Assembly (NCBI GenBank): GCA_951406725.2
Contig: OX597815.1
Span: 82,212,001 to 82,276,000 of the forward strand
Direction of reading: 5' to 3'
Length of the DNA stretch: 64,000 nucleotides
From: Octopus vulgaris
Taxonomy: Eukaryota
This document shows positions 39,106 to 53,487 of the stretch, one piece after another. Made by a program: the position numbers and the translations under genes. Numbering within the stretch: position 1 is the stretch's first letter; each line of letters begins with the position of its first letter. Under the pieces are notes generated by a model. The model made no database searches, had not been told where the DNA came from, and worked only from the letters and a program-made list of their open reading frames with translations.

Positions 39106-39299
39106 AATTCCGTTTTGGTAATGGAACACTTGCAAAATAGTTGCTGTTCGTAACTGTTGTTGATGTTGTTATAGCTAACGTATTCAGTTCATGTATCCGA
39201 TGTTCTGGTTAGGGGTTCCAGTTGTTCTTACTGGCCATAATCTAGCTGATATATGATATACGATTCATGTCGTCGATTTTCTTTTTAAATATATACATA

Positions 39300-39465
39300 C
39301 GCGCAGGAGTGGCTGTGTGGTAAGTAGCTTGTTTACCAACCACATGGTTCGGGGTTCAGTCTCACTGCGTGGCATCTTGGGCAAGTGTCTTCAACTATAA
39401 CCTCGGGCCGACCAAAGCCTTGTGAGTGGATTTGGTAGACGGAAACTGAAAGAAGCCCATCGTAC

Positions 39466-39522
<57 letters not shown>

Positions 39523-39750
39523 TGTGTGTGTTTGTGTGTCTGTGTTTGTCCCCCTAGCATTGCTTGACAACCGATGCTGGTGTGTTTATGTCCCCGTTAC
39601 TTAGCGGTTCGGCAAAAGAGACCGATAGAATAAGTACTGGGCTTACAAAAAAAATAAGTCCCGGGGTCAAGTTGCTCGATTAAAGGCGGTGCTCCAGCAT
39701 GGCCGCAGTCAAATGACTGAAACAAGTAAAAGAGTAAAAGAGAAAAGAGT
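39300..39750 (+). mobile_element. SINE family A, full length
   Basis: Near-identical to 69-480. Confidence 0.9.
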
Positions 39751-39947
39751 ATATATATTACATCAACAACTAATTACCCAGTGTATCCTTCTCCATTTTT
39801 AACACGGTACGGTTCGTGATTCGAGGTAAATGATGCTGTTATTTCTAGCAGTACAAATGACAACATGAAAGTTGGAACAGTTAATTTACAATTCAATTAC
39901 TCTTATTAATTCAACATTTTGTGTATGTGGAACCGCTGCATTTATTT

Positions 39948-39998
<51 letters not shown>

Positions 39999-40053
39999 AG
40001 CTGTTGCTGCTTGCACTACTACGGCGACAACGACGCTCACCAGCACCACCATT

Positions 40054-40108
<55 letters not shown>

Positions 40109-40437
40109 AGTGCTACTGCTGCTGCAGCTGTTGTTCTGCTACTGTTGCACAATTTGGTGTACTATCAGAGACGCATATGCGCGTGCACAATGCATGTATG
40201 CTATCTTTGTTCATATGTTACACCATACAACGCTAATTGGATTCATGTGCAAACAATGAGAGAAGCCAAATATCTGTTAGCTCTTCTCGCCAAATTATTC
40301 TCTCTTTTCGTGGTGTGTGTACAGTAGATCCTATAACTAGCAACTTGTGTATCTTCCTAGCGAAGACCTCTGTTACCTATATTCACACACACACGCACAC
40401 GCACACGCACACACACACACACATACACACACACACA

Positions 40438-41113
40438 CAGTGATCCTTCGTTTACCGCGGTAGCGCGGTAGATTGGTTCCGAGACCGGCCGCGACAACTG
40501 AATTTCCGCGAAGTAGGGACACCATATTTACAGTATTTATTTAACGTGTATTTGGACTTTTAAAACCCTCCCTGTACTGTTAACAACCCACCCATTACAG
40601 TAGTCTATTAATAACAAGGACAAAAGTTAAGCAATAACACTTTAAATTTTAAAAAATAAAGATTGTTACTCTACTCAATACGAAAGAAATTGAAGTAAAA
40701 TTTGAATGATAATGGTGATGAATTTGCTGCGCAGTAGAAATGATGATGATGAAGCTTACGGCGGTGCCCTTTCCTGGGACACCTCTTCCACTTCTTCCGA
40801 AGGTGCAACGGTAGTAGTAGCAGCAGCAAATCCTGGTTTTTCTTTTTTAAAGCCATTGGGTTTTTAGACTTGTAAATAAGTCATGGCTTTAACAAAAATC
40901 CCGCAGCATTGTCACACATCACGAGGGTCAAACGATCCTTGTATGCTTTAAAGCCAGAGGCTTTTGCTTCCTTTTTGAACAAATGGCTGAGTTCCTTTCG
41001 AGTGTTAGGCCTCACAGATAAAAATTTTAGGTGTTCATATATATATATATTTTAAAAATCCGCGAAGTCGTGAATCCACGATAGTTGAACCGCGAAGTAG
41101 CGAGGGATCACTG
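40438..41113 (-). mobile_element. Tigger/pogo-like DNA transposon deletion derivative
   Basis: TIRs CAGTGATCCTTCGTTTACCGCGGT and AACCGCGAAGTAGCGAGGGATCACTG followed by TA; minus-strand remnant EAKASGFKAYKDRLTLVMCDNAAG is typical of pogo/Tigger transposases. Confidence 0.8.
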
Positions 41114-41265
41114 TATATAAAGTATTCTTTTAGGAATACCTTTTTAAGCATAAACTGAAAATAACAAACACATACAGACATATACAGACACACGCATCCA
41201 TACACCCCCTCCCTCTCTCCCTCCATCCATACACACATCCATCCATCCATACATTGATGCATACT

Positions 41266-41535
41266 ACCAATCTTGAGAAATGAAGCTTCTCAGAGCCAGA
41301 AATGAGAAAGTCTGATTCGAAGGCTACAGACTCAAGTCATCACAGAACTGTAAAAATTTATAAAGTTTTTCAGACGTTTACCATTTAATACATGTATCCG
41401 CATGTCTAAACATGCAAACATAGACATGAGAATATATACATAAAACAATGCGTATAAATCTGCAAATGATCTGACACCAAATACTGATAAACGCACACAT
41501 GCAAAAATACTCTGTTGATGTTGAAATTCCATAGA
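41266..41535 (+). mobile_element. Degenerate 3' end of the R4-like family at 29185-31230
   Basis: Similar to 30790-31160 (NLEK..FSE..IRRLQTQ and AAAAATACTCTGTTGATGTTGAAATTC). Confidence 0.6.
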
Positions 41536-41977
41536 TATCGGGAGTATATTCAGGCCAAGACGCTACTTCTCCATATTGAAAGGTCACAGCGCCGGCACTA
41601 GAGACATGTGATAAAGAATGTCGCAGGAAAGTGTGAATCCAGTTGTAAAATATAATAACGGTAGTTACTGAGATAGAACATTATGAAGGAGGTGCTGAGA
41701 ATTCTACTCTTACGAACCTCCCAAGAATATGATAGGAAAAATTGTAACCCCCGCCCACACATATATAAAAGGATTTAATTTACTTTGCGGGAGCAACTGT
41801 TTTATCGAAAGCGTATATTGTTGTCAAATGCTCGAAATACGAGACTAGAAAAACTGCCAACAACTGATGAAGAGTCGTTCTTTATGTTGTTTGTTTTGTT
41901 TTTCATTTGTCTCTTTCGTTGTTCGAAAGAATAGTTCATGTTCCATGTACTCGTGGATTACATATGCATATACATAC

Positions 41978-42014
<37 letters not shown>

Positions 42015-42022
<8 letters not shown>

Positions 42023-42245
42023 GTGAGGGAAGAATTCCTTTTTATTATTTTCTACACATAAGCTTGCTGCGCATTTGTTTGGAGATTTAAGTTCCTGGAT
42101 TTTCCTGAAGAGAAAGCTGCAAAATGGTCTCCTTATTCAATCCGAATTAGGGAATTTGCAGCCTTTGAAACATGTGTAGAAAATAATAAAAAGGAATTTT
42201 GTAAAATCTTCGTTCAGCTCCATTTCTTCCCTCACTAAATATATA
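42015..42245 (+). mobile_element. About 230-bp hammerhead-bearing mini-element with inverted terminal duplication
   Basis: TTTAGTGAGGGAAGAA..TTCCTTTTTATTATTTTCTACACAT is the reverse complement of the 3' end; flanked by (TA)n. Confidence 0.65.
42100..42183 (+). ncRNA. Minimal type I hammerhead ribozyme
   Basis: TTTTC-CTGAAGA-GAAAGCTGCAAA..TTTGCAGCCTTT-GAAA-CATGTG-TA-GAAAA. Confidence 0.75.
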
Positions 42246-42388
42246 AAACTTCAATTATCCGCGCTAAGGCACGGTTGCGATACCCCATGGTCGTAACCTC
42301 AACCGTGATTTTTCTGTTGTGATTTTTGCTACCCAGGTATCGGTTATAATTTGAATAATCCGTAACAAGATAATTCATTTATCCATTT

Positions 42389-43092
<704 letters not shown>

Positions 43093-43102
43093 TATATATA
43101 TA

Positions 43103-43486
43103 TCTTCTCTATATATAAACGGCAGTTTGTCTGTGTGCGTGTCTGTGTGTCTGTCAGGTTGTACCCTCACCCTGACCACGGCTTTCAACCGATTCTGATG
43201 AAACTTGACACACACATAGCCCAATGTCATAATTCAAAACTAACGCAGCGAAAATTTTGAAAAGTTCCCCCAGTTCTGAAAAAAATCGATAAATTCGACA
43301 TGGGGTCGAGAATCAGAAACACAAACCACAGACTGTCTAGGGGACGCAACTCGACCTTTTTAACTCTCAAAAAAATTTACCATAATTTTTTTTCCATTTT
43401 TTTGCTATTTTGGGGCTATAACTCTCTAAAAATGCTTTATAGTTATTTCCCTTACAAACCCGAGCAACGCCGGGCGATACTGCTAG
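43103..43486 (+). mobile_element. Non-autonomous Helitron
   Basis: 5' TC, 3' hairpin CCCGAGCAACGCCGGG followed by ATACTGCTAG, A|T site. Confidence 0.8.
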
Positions 43487-43563
43487 TATATATATATATA
43501 GATATAGGTATAGATATACGTATGTATATATGCATATATATATATTATTTATATTATACAAAT

Positions 43564-43597
<34 letters not shown>

Positions 43598-45449
43598 GCG
43601 CGCGCGCGCATATAGATATTCTCAACCAAAACTGAGAGGATGAGCAGAGTAACATTTATTGTAAAGCTCGTGTTGGCAGAAGTTGTTATGCGAAACTTGA
43701 AGTCATTATCATCACGATCTTCACAACGTGCGCGCGCGCGCACACACACACACACACACACTTACTTAAACACATGCATCCATATCGATATACACAAACA
43801 AATACATACACGTACACACAAATATGCAATTAATTCTGCAAACAAGGAGACTGAAATAGGAAAATTACATTTAATAAAATATATGCATCTCTGTGAAAAA
43901 CGTTATGACGAAACTGTAAGTAGTGATGCGTACTTACATCATTAAACAATACTGGCTTTAATTTAAGATCTGAAATGAAGAAAGCAGCCTACTGATTCAA
44001 CTGAAACTACACCTCGTTTGTTGACTACGTATCCTGTGACTGTCCTACTCATCACAACGCAGTACTATTACCATTCATGGATTTTAAATTATATATTTTA
44101 TAGCCTGTTTGCTATTTGACATGTTTATTTGCTGATTTTTTTTTTCAAGTAATGTTATTTACTATTTTATAATTTATTTTAATTTCTGCATCAACAACAG
44201 CAACAACAACGACGACAACAACAATAACATTAGTAGCTGTTTGTAGCAACAATAATTAACAATCGGGAAGCAAGCCCTCATCTTCGGCAATGTTTGAGAA
44301 ATCAGATGCAAGGATTCAGAAACATCTGTAACAAAAACATAATTTATCATCCCTTTCTTCTCATCATCATCATCTTCATCATCTTCCTCATTTTCATAAT
44401 CTCAGCCTTTCTCCTTTTCCATTTCCTTCTTATCATTATTTTTATCAAGTTAACAAAAGATTCTCTTTCTTCGTGGCTCTTCGATCTACTAGAAACACCA
44501 GTTAAACCACTCTCTACCATTTGTTCCAGAGGAAAAAGAAAATTACTGAATAAGCAAAGCTGGGATTTCTTGTATCATAGATCTGCTTGATTAAGGACCG
44601 ATTTCGTGTTACACAACATTATCCTCCTGCTCCTGCTACCCCTCCTCCTCCTCCTCCTCCTCCTCCTTTTCCTCCTTTTCCTCCTCTTCCTCCTCTCCCC
44701 CCCTCCTCCCCCTCCCCCTTCTCCTCCTTTGACTCCTCTTCCTCCTCCTCCTCCTCCTCCTCCTCCACCACCACCACCACCACCTCCTCTTCTTCCTCCT
44801 CTCCTTCTTTCTTCTCTTTATCCTCCTCCTCCTCGTCGTCGTGATGATCAGTATCATCTTTATCATGACCATTGCCGCCGATGTCGTCGTCGTCATCATC
44901 ATCATCATCATCATCAAAATCAAATAAACAACATCATGAGCATCATCATCGACTACAACAGCAACAATTGCATTCTGTTCCTATAAGAAACCGAAGGACA
45001 AAATACAAAGAGACAGTGTAATGCAATGGTTAAATTAAGAAACCATACTGAATGGAGTGGGCAATACCCTCACTTTCTCTCTCTCTCTCTCTCACTCACC
45101 CTTCCTCTCACGCTCACTCTTTCTCGCACTTTCACTCTTTCTATCACTCTCGCTCTTCCCTTACAGAAAAGAAACAATAGTTGATGTTTATACAAATTGT
45201 AACATTTGCATATTTATGAGAGCCGATGTTTTTACAGTTGGATTTATCCAGTGCGAAACACTTAATGTCTAGATGAAAGATGTGGTATGCACTTCTGACA
45301 TCTCCAGTATCCGTCTTGGTGCTATTATAGTTTACCATGGCTGCTGTAGTTGTGTTAAGTCTAATGTTATTCCTGGTATTACGTAGCAGTTAGCTACTAA
45401 AATACTGTGCAACGCTAAAGAGTCTGACTTAACAGGTCTACGTCCATTT

Positions 45450-45810
45450 TAGTTTCAAATTTTGGCAGAAGGCCAACAATTTCATGGTGTGGAGGGGTGG
45501 TAGAAAGTTGATTACATCAAACAACAGTGTTGAACTGGTACTTAATTTATCGACCCCGAAAGGTAGCGAAGTAAAGTTAACTTCGGCGGAATTTGAACTC
45601 AGAATGTAAAGAAGGACGAAATGCTGCTAAGGGTTTTGACCGGTGTGCTAACGAATCTGCCAGCTCTGAGTTCGATTTTACCGAGGTCGATTTTACCATT
45701 CATCCTACCGGAGCCGATAAAATAAGTACCAGCTGAACACTGGGGTCGATGTAATCGACTAATCCCCTCACCCGAATTTGCTGTCCTTGTGTCAAAATTT
45801 GAAATCAATA
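45450..45810. mobile_element. Inverted pair of SINE family B copies (45450-45665 minus, 45665-45810 plus)
   Basis: TTTCAAATTTTGGCAGAAGG and CCTTGTGTCAAAATTTGAAA outer ends with mirrored internal domains. Confidence 0.75.
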
Positions 45811-46448
45811 TTGGCGATCTCGAAGATCACGATCACCACCATTCCTTCTCTTACTCAGCAGTAAAAATGTTTGCTTCGTTCTCGATTCAAAATCAGTACA
45901 TGACGCAATGGCTTTCATTTTACTATAACGAGTCGAGAAAGAGTACGTATCACTAATATTCTGAGGAACTGGTATAATGGAGTTTACCTTTGTACTTTAA
46001 TACATTTAGCTTCATGTCAGCTCCAAAGAAATCAATGTTATTTCGACTGATATTAATTATTTGTATGCTGGTAGAAAAGCAGATACAGGGAAGCTCCAGG
46101 TTAAATGCCTTATTTAGTTACTTGCTTTTATAAATTGATGTCAAATATTGCTGTTTTGTTTTTGTTTATTTATTTGCCTCTTATCCGTCTACAGTAGGTA
46201 TAAATATCAGATATAAATACCAGTACTAGACTCAATCATACCAGTTATATACCCTACCCATAAATTTTATGTCTTCGTGCATAGCAATGATTGCAGGTTT
46301 TGGTAAAATGTCCCACAATATGTTTTATATAGTTATAGAAAGCAGTAACTTGGCAGAATGAATCATCGAAAGTTCGGCGAAATGCCTTGCAATAACAGTT
46401 CCGCCTCTGTGGTCTGAACTCTGACTCCTGCAGCGGTAAATGTTTAGA

Positions 46449-46616
46449 TTTCTTCTTCTTCTTCTTCTTCTTCTTCTTCTTCTTCTTCTTCTTCTTCTTC
46501 TTCTTCTTCTTCTTCTTCTTCTTCTTCTTCTTCTCCTCCTCCTCCTCCTCCTCCTCTTCTTCTTCTTCTTCTTCTTCTTCTTCTTCTTCTTCTTCTTCTT
46601 CTTCTTCTTCTTCTTC
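46449..46616 (+). repeat. (CTT)n(CCT)n(CTT)n polypyrimidine microsatellite
   Basis: Directly visible. Confidence 0.95.
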
Positions 46617-47699
46617 CAGTATATTCTCATCTAGCATGATAAGAAAAATATACTGAGAAATCAGAAACATATCGGGCGGAAACAGATTGACGAGCGTGGA
46701 CAGATTGACGTGCTGTACAGTTAAAATGTTACTTCCACTTAGTTTTCATTCATCTTTCCTGCGGTGGTTGTGAGATATTTGGGTAAATCATAAGCCCATC
46801 TGCAAAACAATGCTACAAAACATTATTATTGTTATTCATACAGCATATCTTACCTTCATTGATATTTATATTAGATACTGTTCTTCTCTTCTTGAGCCTA
46901 AGGACAGACGCGATCAAGATGATCGATGATCGAAATTGATCCATCCGAGACTATCCCATCCTTTTGTGTATATGTATTGAGCAACATGGAGAAGAAGTGC
47001 TAATGTGCTGTGTGTGTATGTGGGGGAGTAATTCTTCAGTTGTGTTGTTGTGTATGGGAAGAATACTGTCATAATGTTAGAGAATATTGGTCTGATGCGA
47101 GCTAATGCAGCCCTCATGTTGGGGAAATATTATCTGATTGTGATGAAATGGGTTTTCTGTTGTGTGTGATGCTAACTTTATATGAGAGATTCGTACATAC
47201 GAAGCAATGCTCTCCTGGTACGGGAAAATATAATCCTTTTGTATGGGACAACGTTCGATTATGAGGAAATATTGTTCAGTTATAGAAGATTTCTGTCACA
47301 TTGTAGAAAATTACTGTCCTGGTGTGTGTGTGTGTGTGTGTGTGTGTCAAAGGATTTTGTCCTATTATAGAAGAATGCCGCCTCATAAAATTTTAGCCAC
47401 GAAATTGATGCTGCATATTTATTAAAGACGTTTACTGAGACAAATCTCTGTTTGCATTGAAGTAGAGCGATTACTAAAAGAAGTTCCCGAATGCTTCTCA
47501 GCACAAGTGAAAGAGTTCCTAATATTTATGTGGAGTAAAATATCATTAAGAAAACCGAGTTTTTAATTGTGGTACGTCGGGGATAAGTCATTCTAAACTA
47601 ATTCACCCCAATTTAAACTACTGACAAAATATTAATTAGATGAACTAGAAATCGCATGAATGAGAAGTAAATTAAGAATGATTATGTATCACCGATACA

Positions 47700-49490
47700 G
47701 CACACAATCTCCGAACAAATTTAGTTCTTCTGATATTTTTACCTAGTTTCAGTTCCCCCGAGTTCAATTTAATCTTTCATTTCTGCGCTACTGTTGAAAA
47801 ATTAGTTCAAGTAATATAATATAATTCAATGTAAGTAATCGAATATGTAACCCTTATCTACGAATTTGTGTCGTTGTGAACGAATGTTTTGGATGTTATG
47901 GTTGTGAGAATATGAGAAATGGCAGAAAGGCGAACTGAGAAAATACTCTGCAGTATATAGTACTCACATAAATTTACTTTTTGAGTTCAAATCAAGCAGG
48001 GACCGACTTTGTATTGCGTTCTTTTTTGAGATGGTAAAATAGCGCTTATTCATCTTTATGACTTCAAATATTTCCATGATCAACTTTAACTCGCATATCT
48101 CTTTACGAGTTCAGTTTTCGACAGAACTTTTCCTTTCGTTGTTCTGTGGTTAGAAAAACATATACAATTCTTGTCATGAGGTCGATTTAATCTAACATCG
48201 ACTATACACCTTCCCTTTTTTCTTACTGGAAATTTGTAACTTTGTGTCAAAGTTAGAATTTATCACTATAAATGTTAAATGGTATTGCAAATTATTAACA
48301 AAAACAATAATAAAGTTTCTGACAAAATGCTAAATTGCTGAATTAGGAAATATTAGAGTTTCGGAGAAAATAGCAATACTGGCCAAAATTCTTCGCCGTA
48401 TTTAATTATCATGTTTTACATTCTGAATCAGTTCTCGCCCAGAGCAGTTTTGACTTTCAATCTTTCATCGTTAAGACATTGGTTAAAATAAGTACCAGTC
48501 TAGTCCGGGATGTGTTATGTCCCTTTTCTTTGGACTGTTTCCCATCCCCAGAATGTATGATCCTGTGCTGAAATTGTAATAAATATCGGACATAATTAGG
48601 GTATTAGCACAAACGAGACAGAGAGACTTGCTGTGTTTAACAACAAGCTTTTACGTTCTAATTTCAAATACTTCCAATATTTACTTCGTGTTTTATTCTC
48701 CTGGGATCGAAAAAAAAGAAGAAAAAAATCAAATATCAAGGTTGATTTAATCTGTTCTATTAATCCATTTCCTCAAAAGTGATGTCATGTACCAGCCCAA
48801 GAAATTAGTTTGTTACAAAATTATATTAAGAATCATTAGTAAGAAACGGTAAATTTGGACAAAAGTATTTAAAGTATTTCACTTAAAAAGTGAAATAATT
48901 AAAAGTAAAATTTATAAATTTTACTATAGGTAACTTTATAGTTAGGATTGATAAAATAAATACAAGTTTGTTCAAGTATTGGATGTGACTAAACCCATTA
49001 CTTTCTTTGAAGTTTTGCGATAGTGAGAGGAATCCTCGTTATTAATTTCTTAAAAAGTGCATAAAATCGGCTGGGAGAACCATTAGCAAATCGGACAAAA
49101 TATTTAATGGCAATTCTTCCGACTGTTTACGTTCCGAGTTAAAATTTGGCCGAGGTCATCTTTGGCATTCCCCCTTTCGAGTGCGATAGAAGTAGTACTT
49201 GGACACTGGGGTCGATTTAATCAACTAACTCTTTCTTCCTAAAGTTGCTGGCCTTGTGAAAAATTTTGAAATCATTATTACGAAAAGATAGGAGAGATAT
49301 TTTAATTAAAAACGCAACGGTGCTTGTTGGATAAAATTCCTTTTTACATTCATTTACTTTATGAGTTCAGGTCACGCCAAAGCAATTCTTATCGCTCATC
49401 GTTTTGTTGTTGCTAGAATAAAGTAAATGCTAAGTACTGTGGTCGATTAAATCAAATAAATTACTTTCCACACCCATTGCTGATTTTCGG
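47700..49490 (+). repeat. Head-to-tail array of highly decayed SINE family B copies
   Basis: Recurrent GAGTTCA(A/G) and GGTCGATTTAATC motifs at intervals of roughly 200-250 bp; best copy at 49070-49280. Confidence 0.55.
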
Positions 49491-51199
49491 TAAAACACGT
49501 AATTTTGTATCAATGGTAAAAAGAAAGTCATTATTATAGAAAAATGGTATTAAAAATCGTTGGTAAAAAAAAAAAAATGACTAGAAATCACTATTGCTGT
49601 AATGGATTTTTTCAAAAAAATTAATTTATTGAACTTACTTTTAGGTATTCGTCTATTTTACTGTCGTTTTTTAGTTGTTGTTGTTGCTGCTGCTACTGCT
49701 GTTAGTTTCGCTTCTGTTGCTGCTGATACTATTAGCTAGTGTTTGCTGTATGGGGAAATATTACTGCTTGGTAACAAAAAGAAATAATAAGAAAGTCAAT
49801 ATATCCTCATAAAGAGAAGCTTTCAGAAAAAGAGAACCACTTTTAACTGAAAAAGAAAAAGGAAGGGGGAAAAACACAAAAGTAAAACAAAGAAAAGAAC
49901 ACAAGCAAAAATTGCTTCCGGGATGCGATCAGTGACAGGGCTTTGCTAGCTGGCTGGCTGGTTGGGAGGTTGACTAACTGGATAACTGAAGGTGGTGTTA
50001 GAAAATAGTCGGCACTTCTAGCATATTTTATTTTATTTTATTTATTATTTATTATTTGGTATTTATTACACCTCGTCCTCCTCACCATCTTTACCACTAT
50101 TACCACCACTACTATTGCTGATGTTACATAGTTCACTATCACTACCGCTAACCTGTATCTCCTCCAAGGTACACGCATACAACACACAGCAACAATAGTA
50201 GCAAACACAACGACTATAACCATTGCCATTCTCTTTCTCTGTCTCTCTGTATGATTACTCCTTTAGTTTTATTATATTGTAATGCAAAAGAGAGTGTCAG
50301 GAACCATCACATTTACAGAAGCAAATTAAGCAGAAGCCGGAAGCGGCAAAAATCTCGAAGTCTTTGAAGTGAGAAAGAAAATAATAATAGTAATAATAAA
50401 TAGATAAATAAATAGAGTGTAAAAAATATTAAAAAATGAAACAAAAATAGAATACACAGGTTCTAGTGGCAGAAGTACGTTATCATCATACAGTGAATAT
50501 ATATAAGTATCTCTGTGCGTCGAAATGTGTGTATGTATGACCTTCTACCGATATCTTTCCGAACATCAAAGGAAGATGATTTCTTTCTTTGGAGTAGAGG
50601 AAATAAAATAGACAAATAAATAAATAAAAAAAAAAAGCAACGCACGATATACATAAAAGAAAAAAAAAAGCATAAGATTTCTTATGTAAAAAGGAGGAAC
50701 CAGAAAAAACAATTACAGCAACAATAACGAAAACGAGGACAAGAACGGGAGGAAACCAACAACAAGGTGAACAACAGAAGAGTATTTAGTTAAAGAATAA
50801 AGTTTATGAGAAAAAGCGTGTATATGTATATATATATATATATTGCAACGTCAATCATGCACATAAGTAGGGAAATGAAACGAAACTGAAAATAAAAAGA
50901 AAAAAGAAAAAATTGACGAAACTTCAAGGAGTTCAATAGAAAGGACATACAAAAAATCCAATCTTTCATTCATAAACACACATGCATAAATACGAACACA
51001 CACACACATACACACACACAAAAACACACACAAACACACACACACACATACACACACACACACACACATCCCCGTGCTGTTTTTAATTAGAGCTCAAAGT
51101 AAAAGTTGTTCAACTTCACTGAAGCTCACCAGAAATATGATACAGCGCATTACTGTGATATCTTAAGTACAACAATAGCAACAATAATCATAATAGCTT

Positions 51200-51340
51200 C
51201 TGATTAGACCACAAGACTAACAATTTTGAGGAGAGGTGGGTTGCGAGTTGTCGATAGGATCAACACCCAGTATTTGATGGGTATTTAATTTTGAAAGTCA
51301 AAGTTGACCCCGGCAGTATTTGAACTCGAAACGTAAGAGG
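51200..51340 (-). mobile_element. SINE family B, degenerate
   Basis: CAAAGTTGACCCCGGCAGTATTTGAACTCGAAACGTAA. Confidence 0.55.
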
Positions 51341-51519
51341 GTGGGATCAACTGTAAAACGTAATTTATATGATGATCTAACGGACTCCGTTCGCTCAGAC
51401 TATCGTCTGATAAGCTTCACTAGTTTTTAATTTTACAATTCTTTCCATTATCCACATACACTCACACATACACACTAACAATCATACACTTATATAAATG
51501 TGAGTGTCTATGTATATGT

Positions 51520-51576
<57 letters not shown>

Positions 51577-51594
51577 TATATATGTGTGTGTGTA

Positions 51595-51765
51595 GGGAGA
51601 TTTCCCCCCCCCCCCAAAAAAAAGCAACAAAAGACGAAGACAGGTGGTGTAGATAACAAAAATGTATTAGTTTAACGCTCGGGAAGTGAAAAAGTCTTTA
51701 ACGTTTCGAGCCTACGCTCTTCCACAGAAAGGAACACAGAAAGAAACAGGGAGAGAAAAAATAAA
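51595..51765 (-). mobile_element. About 200-bp element with hammerhead-like motif (copy 2; motif 51696-51731)
   Basis: Minus strand CTTT-CTGTGGA-A-GAGC-GTAG-GCTC-GAAA-CG-TT-AAAG. Confidence 0.7.
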
Positions 51766-51937
51766 TATATGCACATGCTATTACATGTATATAAGTATAT
51801 ACACATCTATACATATGGATACAAACATATATATGTATACATACATACACACACACCCACACACACCCACATATACATATTTATGCCTATATATGCACAT
51901 ACATATGATTATGCGTATGTTTGTATATAATATATAT

Positions 51938-52210
51938 ATACGACCGGCTTCTTTCAGTTTCCGTTTACCAAATCCACTCACAAGCCTTTATGGTACGCGG
52001 GGCTATAGTAGATGACACTTGCCCAAGGTGACATGGAGTGGGACGGAACCAAACATACACGCACACACGCATATTTATATACATACATATATACGACGGG
52101 CTTCTTTCTATTTTCCGCCTTTCAAATCCACTTACAAGACTATAGTAAAAGACACCTGCCGAAGGTGCCACGCAGTGAGACTGAATCCAGAACCATGTAG
52201 TTAGAAAGCA
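51938..52210 (-). mobile_element. Two partial SINE family A 5' halves
   Basis: CGACCGGCTTCTTTCAGTTTCCG and CGACGGGCTTCTTTC blocks. Confidence 0.7.
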
Positions 52211-52552
52211 CGAAACTTTAAATCCTGTGGAACCGAGTCAATCTTTTAAGGCTCTATATACAGTAAACATTGTCATATCTTAAGAGGTGCATAACAAGCT
52301 TAATCACCATTTTAGCCTTATAATGGCCAGCGGATACTATCAGGAATACTGGGATATTGAATAAAGGTAAACATTTATCTCTGTACTTGCTTTGTATGTA
52401 TATTCTATGTTCAAAGTATGGGAATGGATCTACTGGAAGAAACATTGAATATTAACGCATTTGAACCCAGCATTTCGATCTTTTGAAATTATAATTAAGC
52501 ACATGAGATTCTAAAATTAGCTAACATGTCATGTTCAATAAATCTCTCTCTC

Positions 52553-52606
<54 letters not shown>

Positions 52607-53011
52607 ACGCACACACACGCGCACACACACACATATATATGATTGTGTATGAAATTATCATAAGCTTATATCATTTCTTGCTTTGTGTTAACTTGTGGTT
52701 ATTTGGAACCTCAGCGTTGATGTAATTGGATGCTTAATCATCACGAATCATCAGAACACTTTATCACATTATGTCACATTGTCATAAATTGAGTCCTTTG
52801 TGGTCAAGCATCCACTTGCACCGACGGAGAAGTTTGAAACATCTACAACAGTAGAATTTACTTTGAAAACGTCACCAAACCACTATACTGGACAGAAGCA
52901 CGATGATATTCTAAGTGAAGCTCCAACCTCAACTATAGGAGTCATACATCTAACTAAACACAAGTTATACTATATTTGTATGTAAGTATATGTATGCATG
53001 TATATATACAT

Positions 53012-53213
53012 AGGGAGAGTTTACGAAAAAAAACAACAAAAGACGAAGACAGGTGGTGTACAAAACAAACAGATGTATTAGTATAACGCTCAGGAATAGA
53101 AAAAGTCTTTTACGTTTCGAGCCTACGCTCTTCTACAGAAAGGGGCACAGAAAATAAGGAGAGAAACAAGGAGAAAAAAAATGTGTGTAGTGGCTAACGA
53201 TTTATCATGGCGT
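53012..53213 (-). mobile_element. About 200-bp element with hammerhead-like motif (copy 3; motif 53107-53142)
   Basis: Minus strand CTTT-CTGTAGA-A-GAGC-GTAG-GCTC-GAAA-CG-TA-AAAG. Confidence 0.7.
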
Positions 53214-53452
53214 CTGTATGGATATATACATATCCATGCATACATGCGTGTGCGTGTATAATCATATAAATGTATACATCCATGTGTATATATACATATA
53301 TATGTATATATGTATAAATGATATAAATATGCATATATATATACACTGTATAAATACATATATATACATATATAAACTTTATAATTATATATATATATAT
53401 ATACTCTATATATTACATATATATACATATATATGTGTGTGTGTGAGTGTGT

Positions 53453-53487
<35 letters not shown>

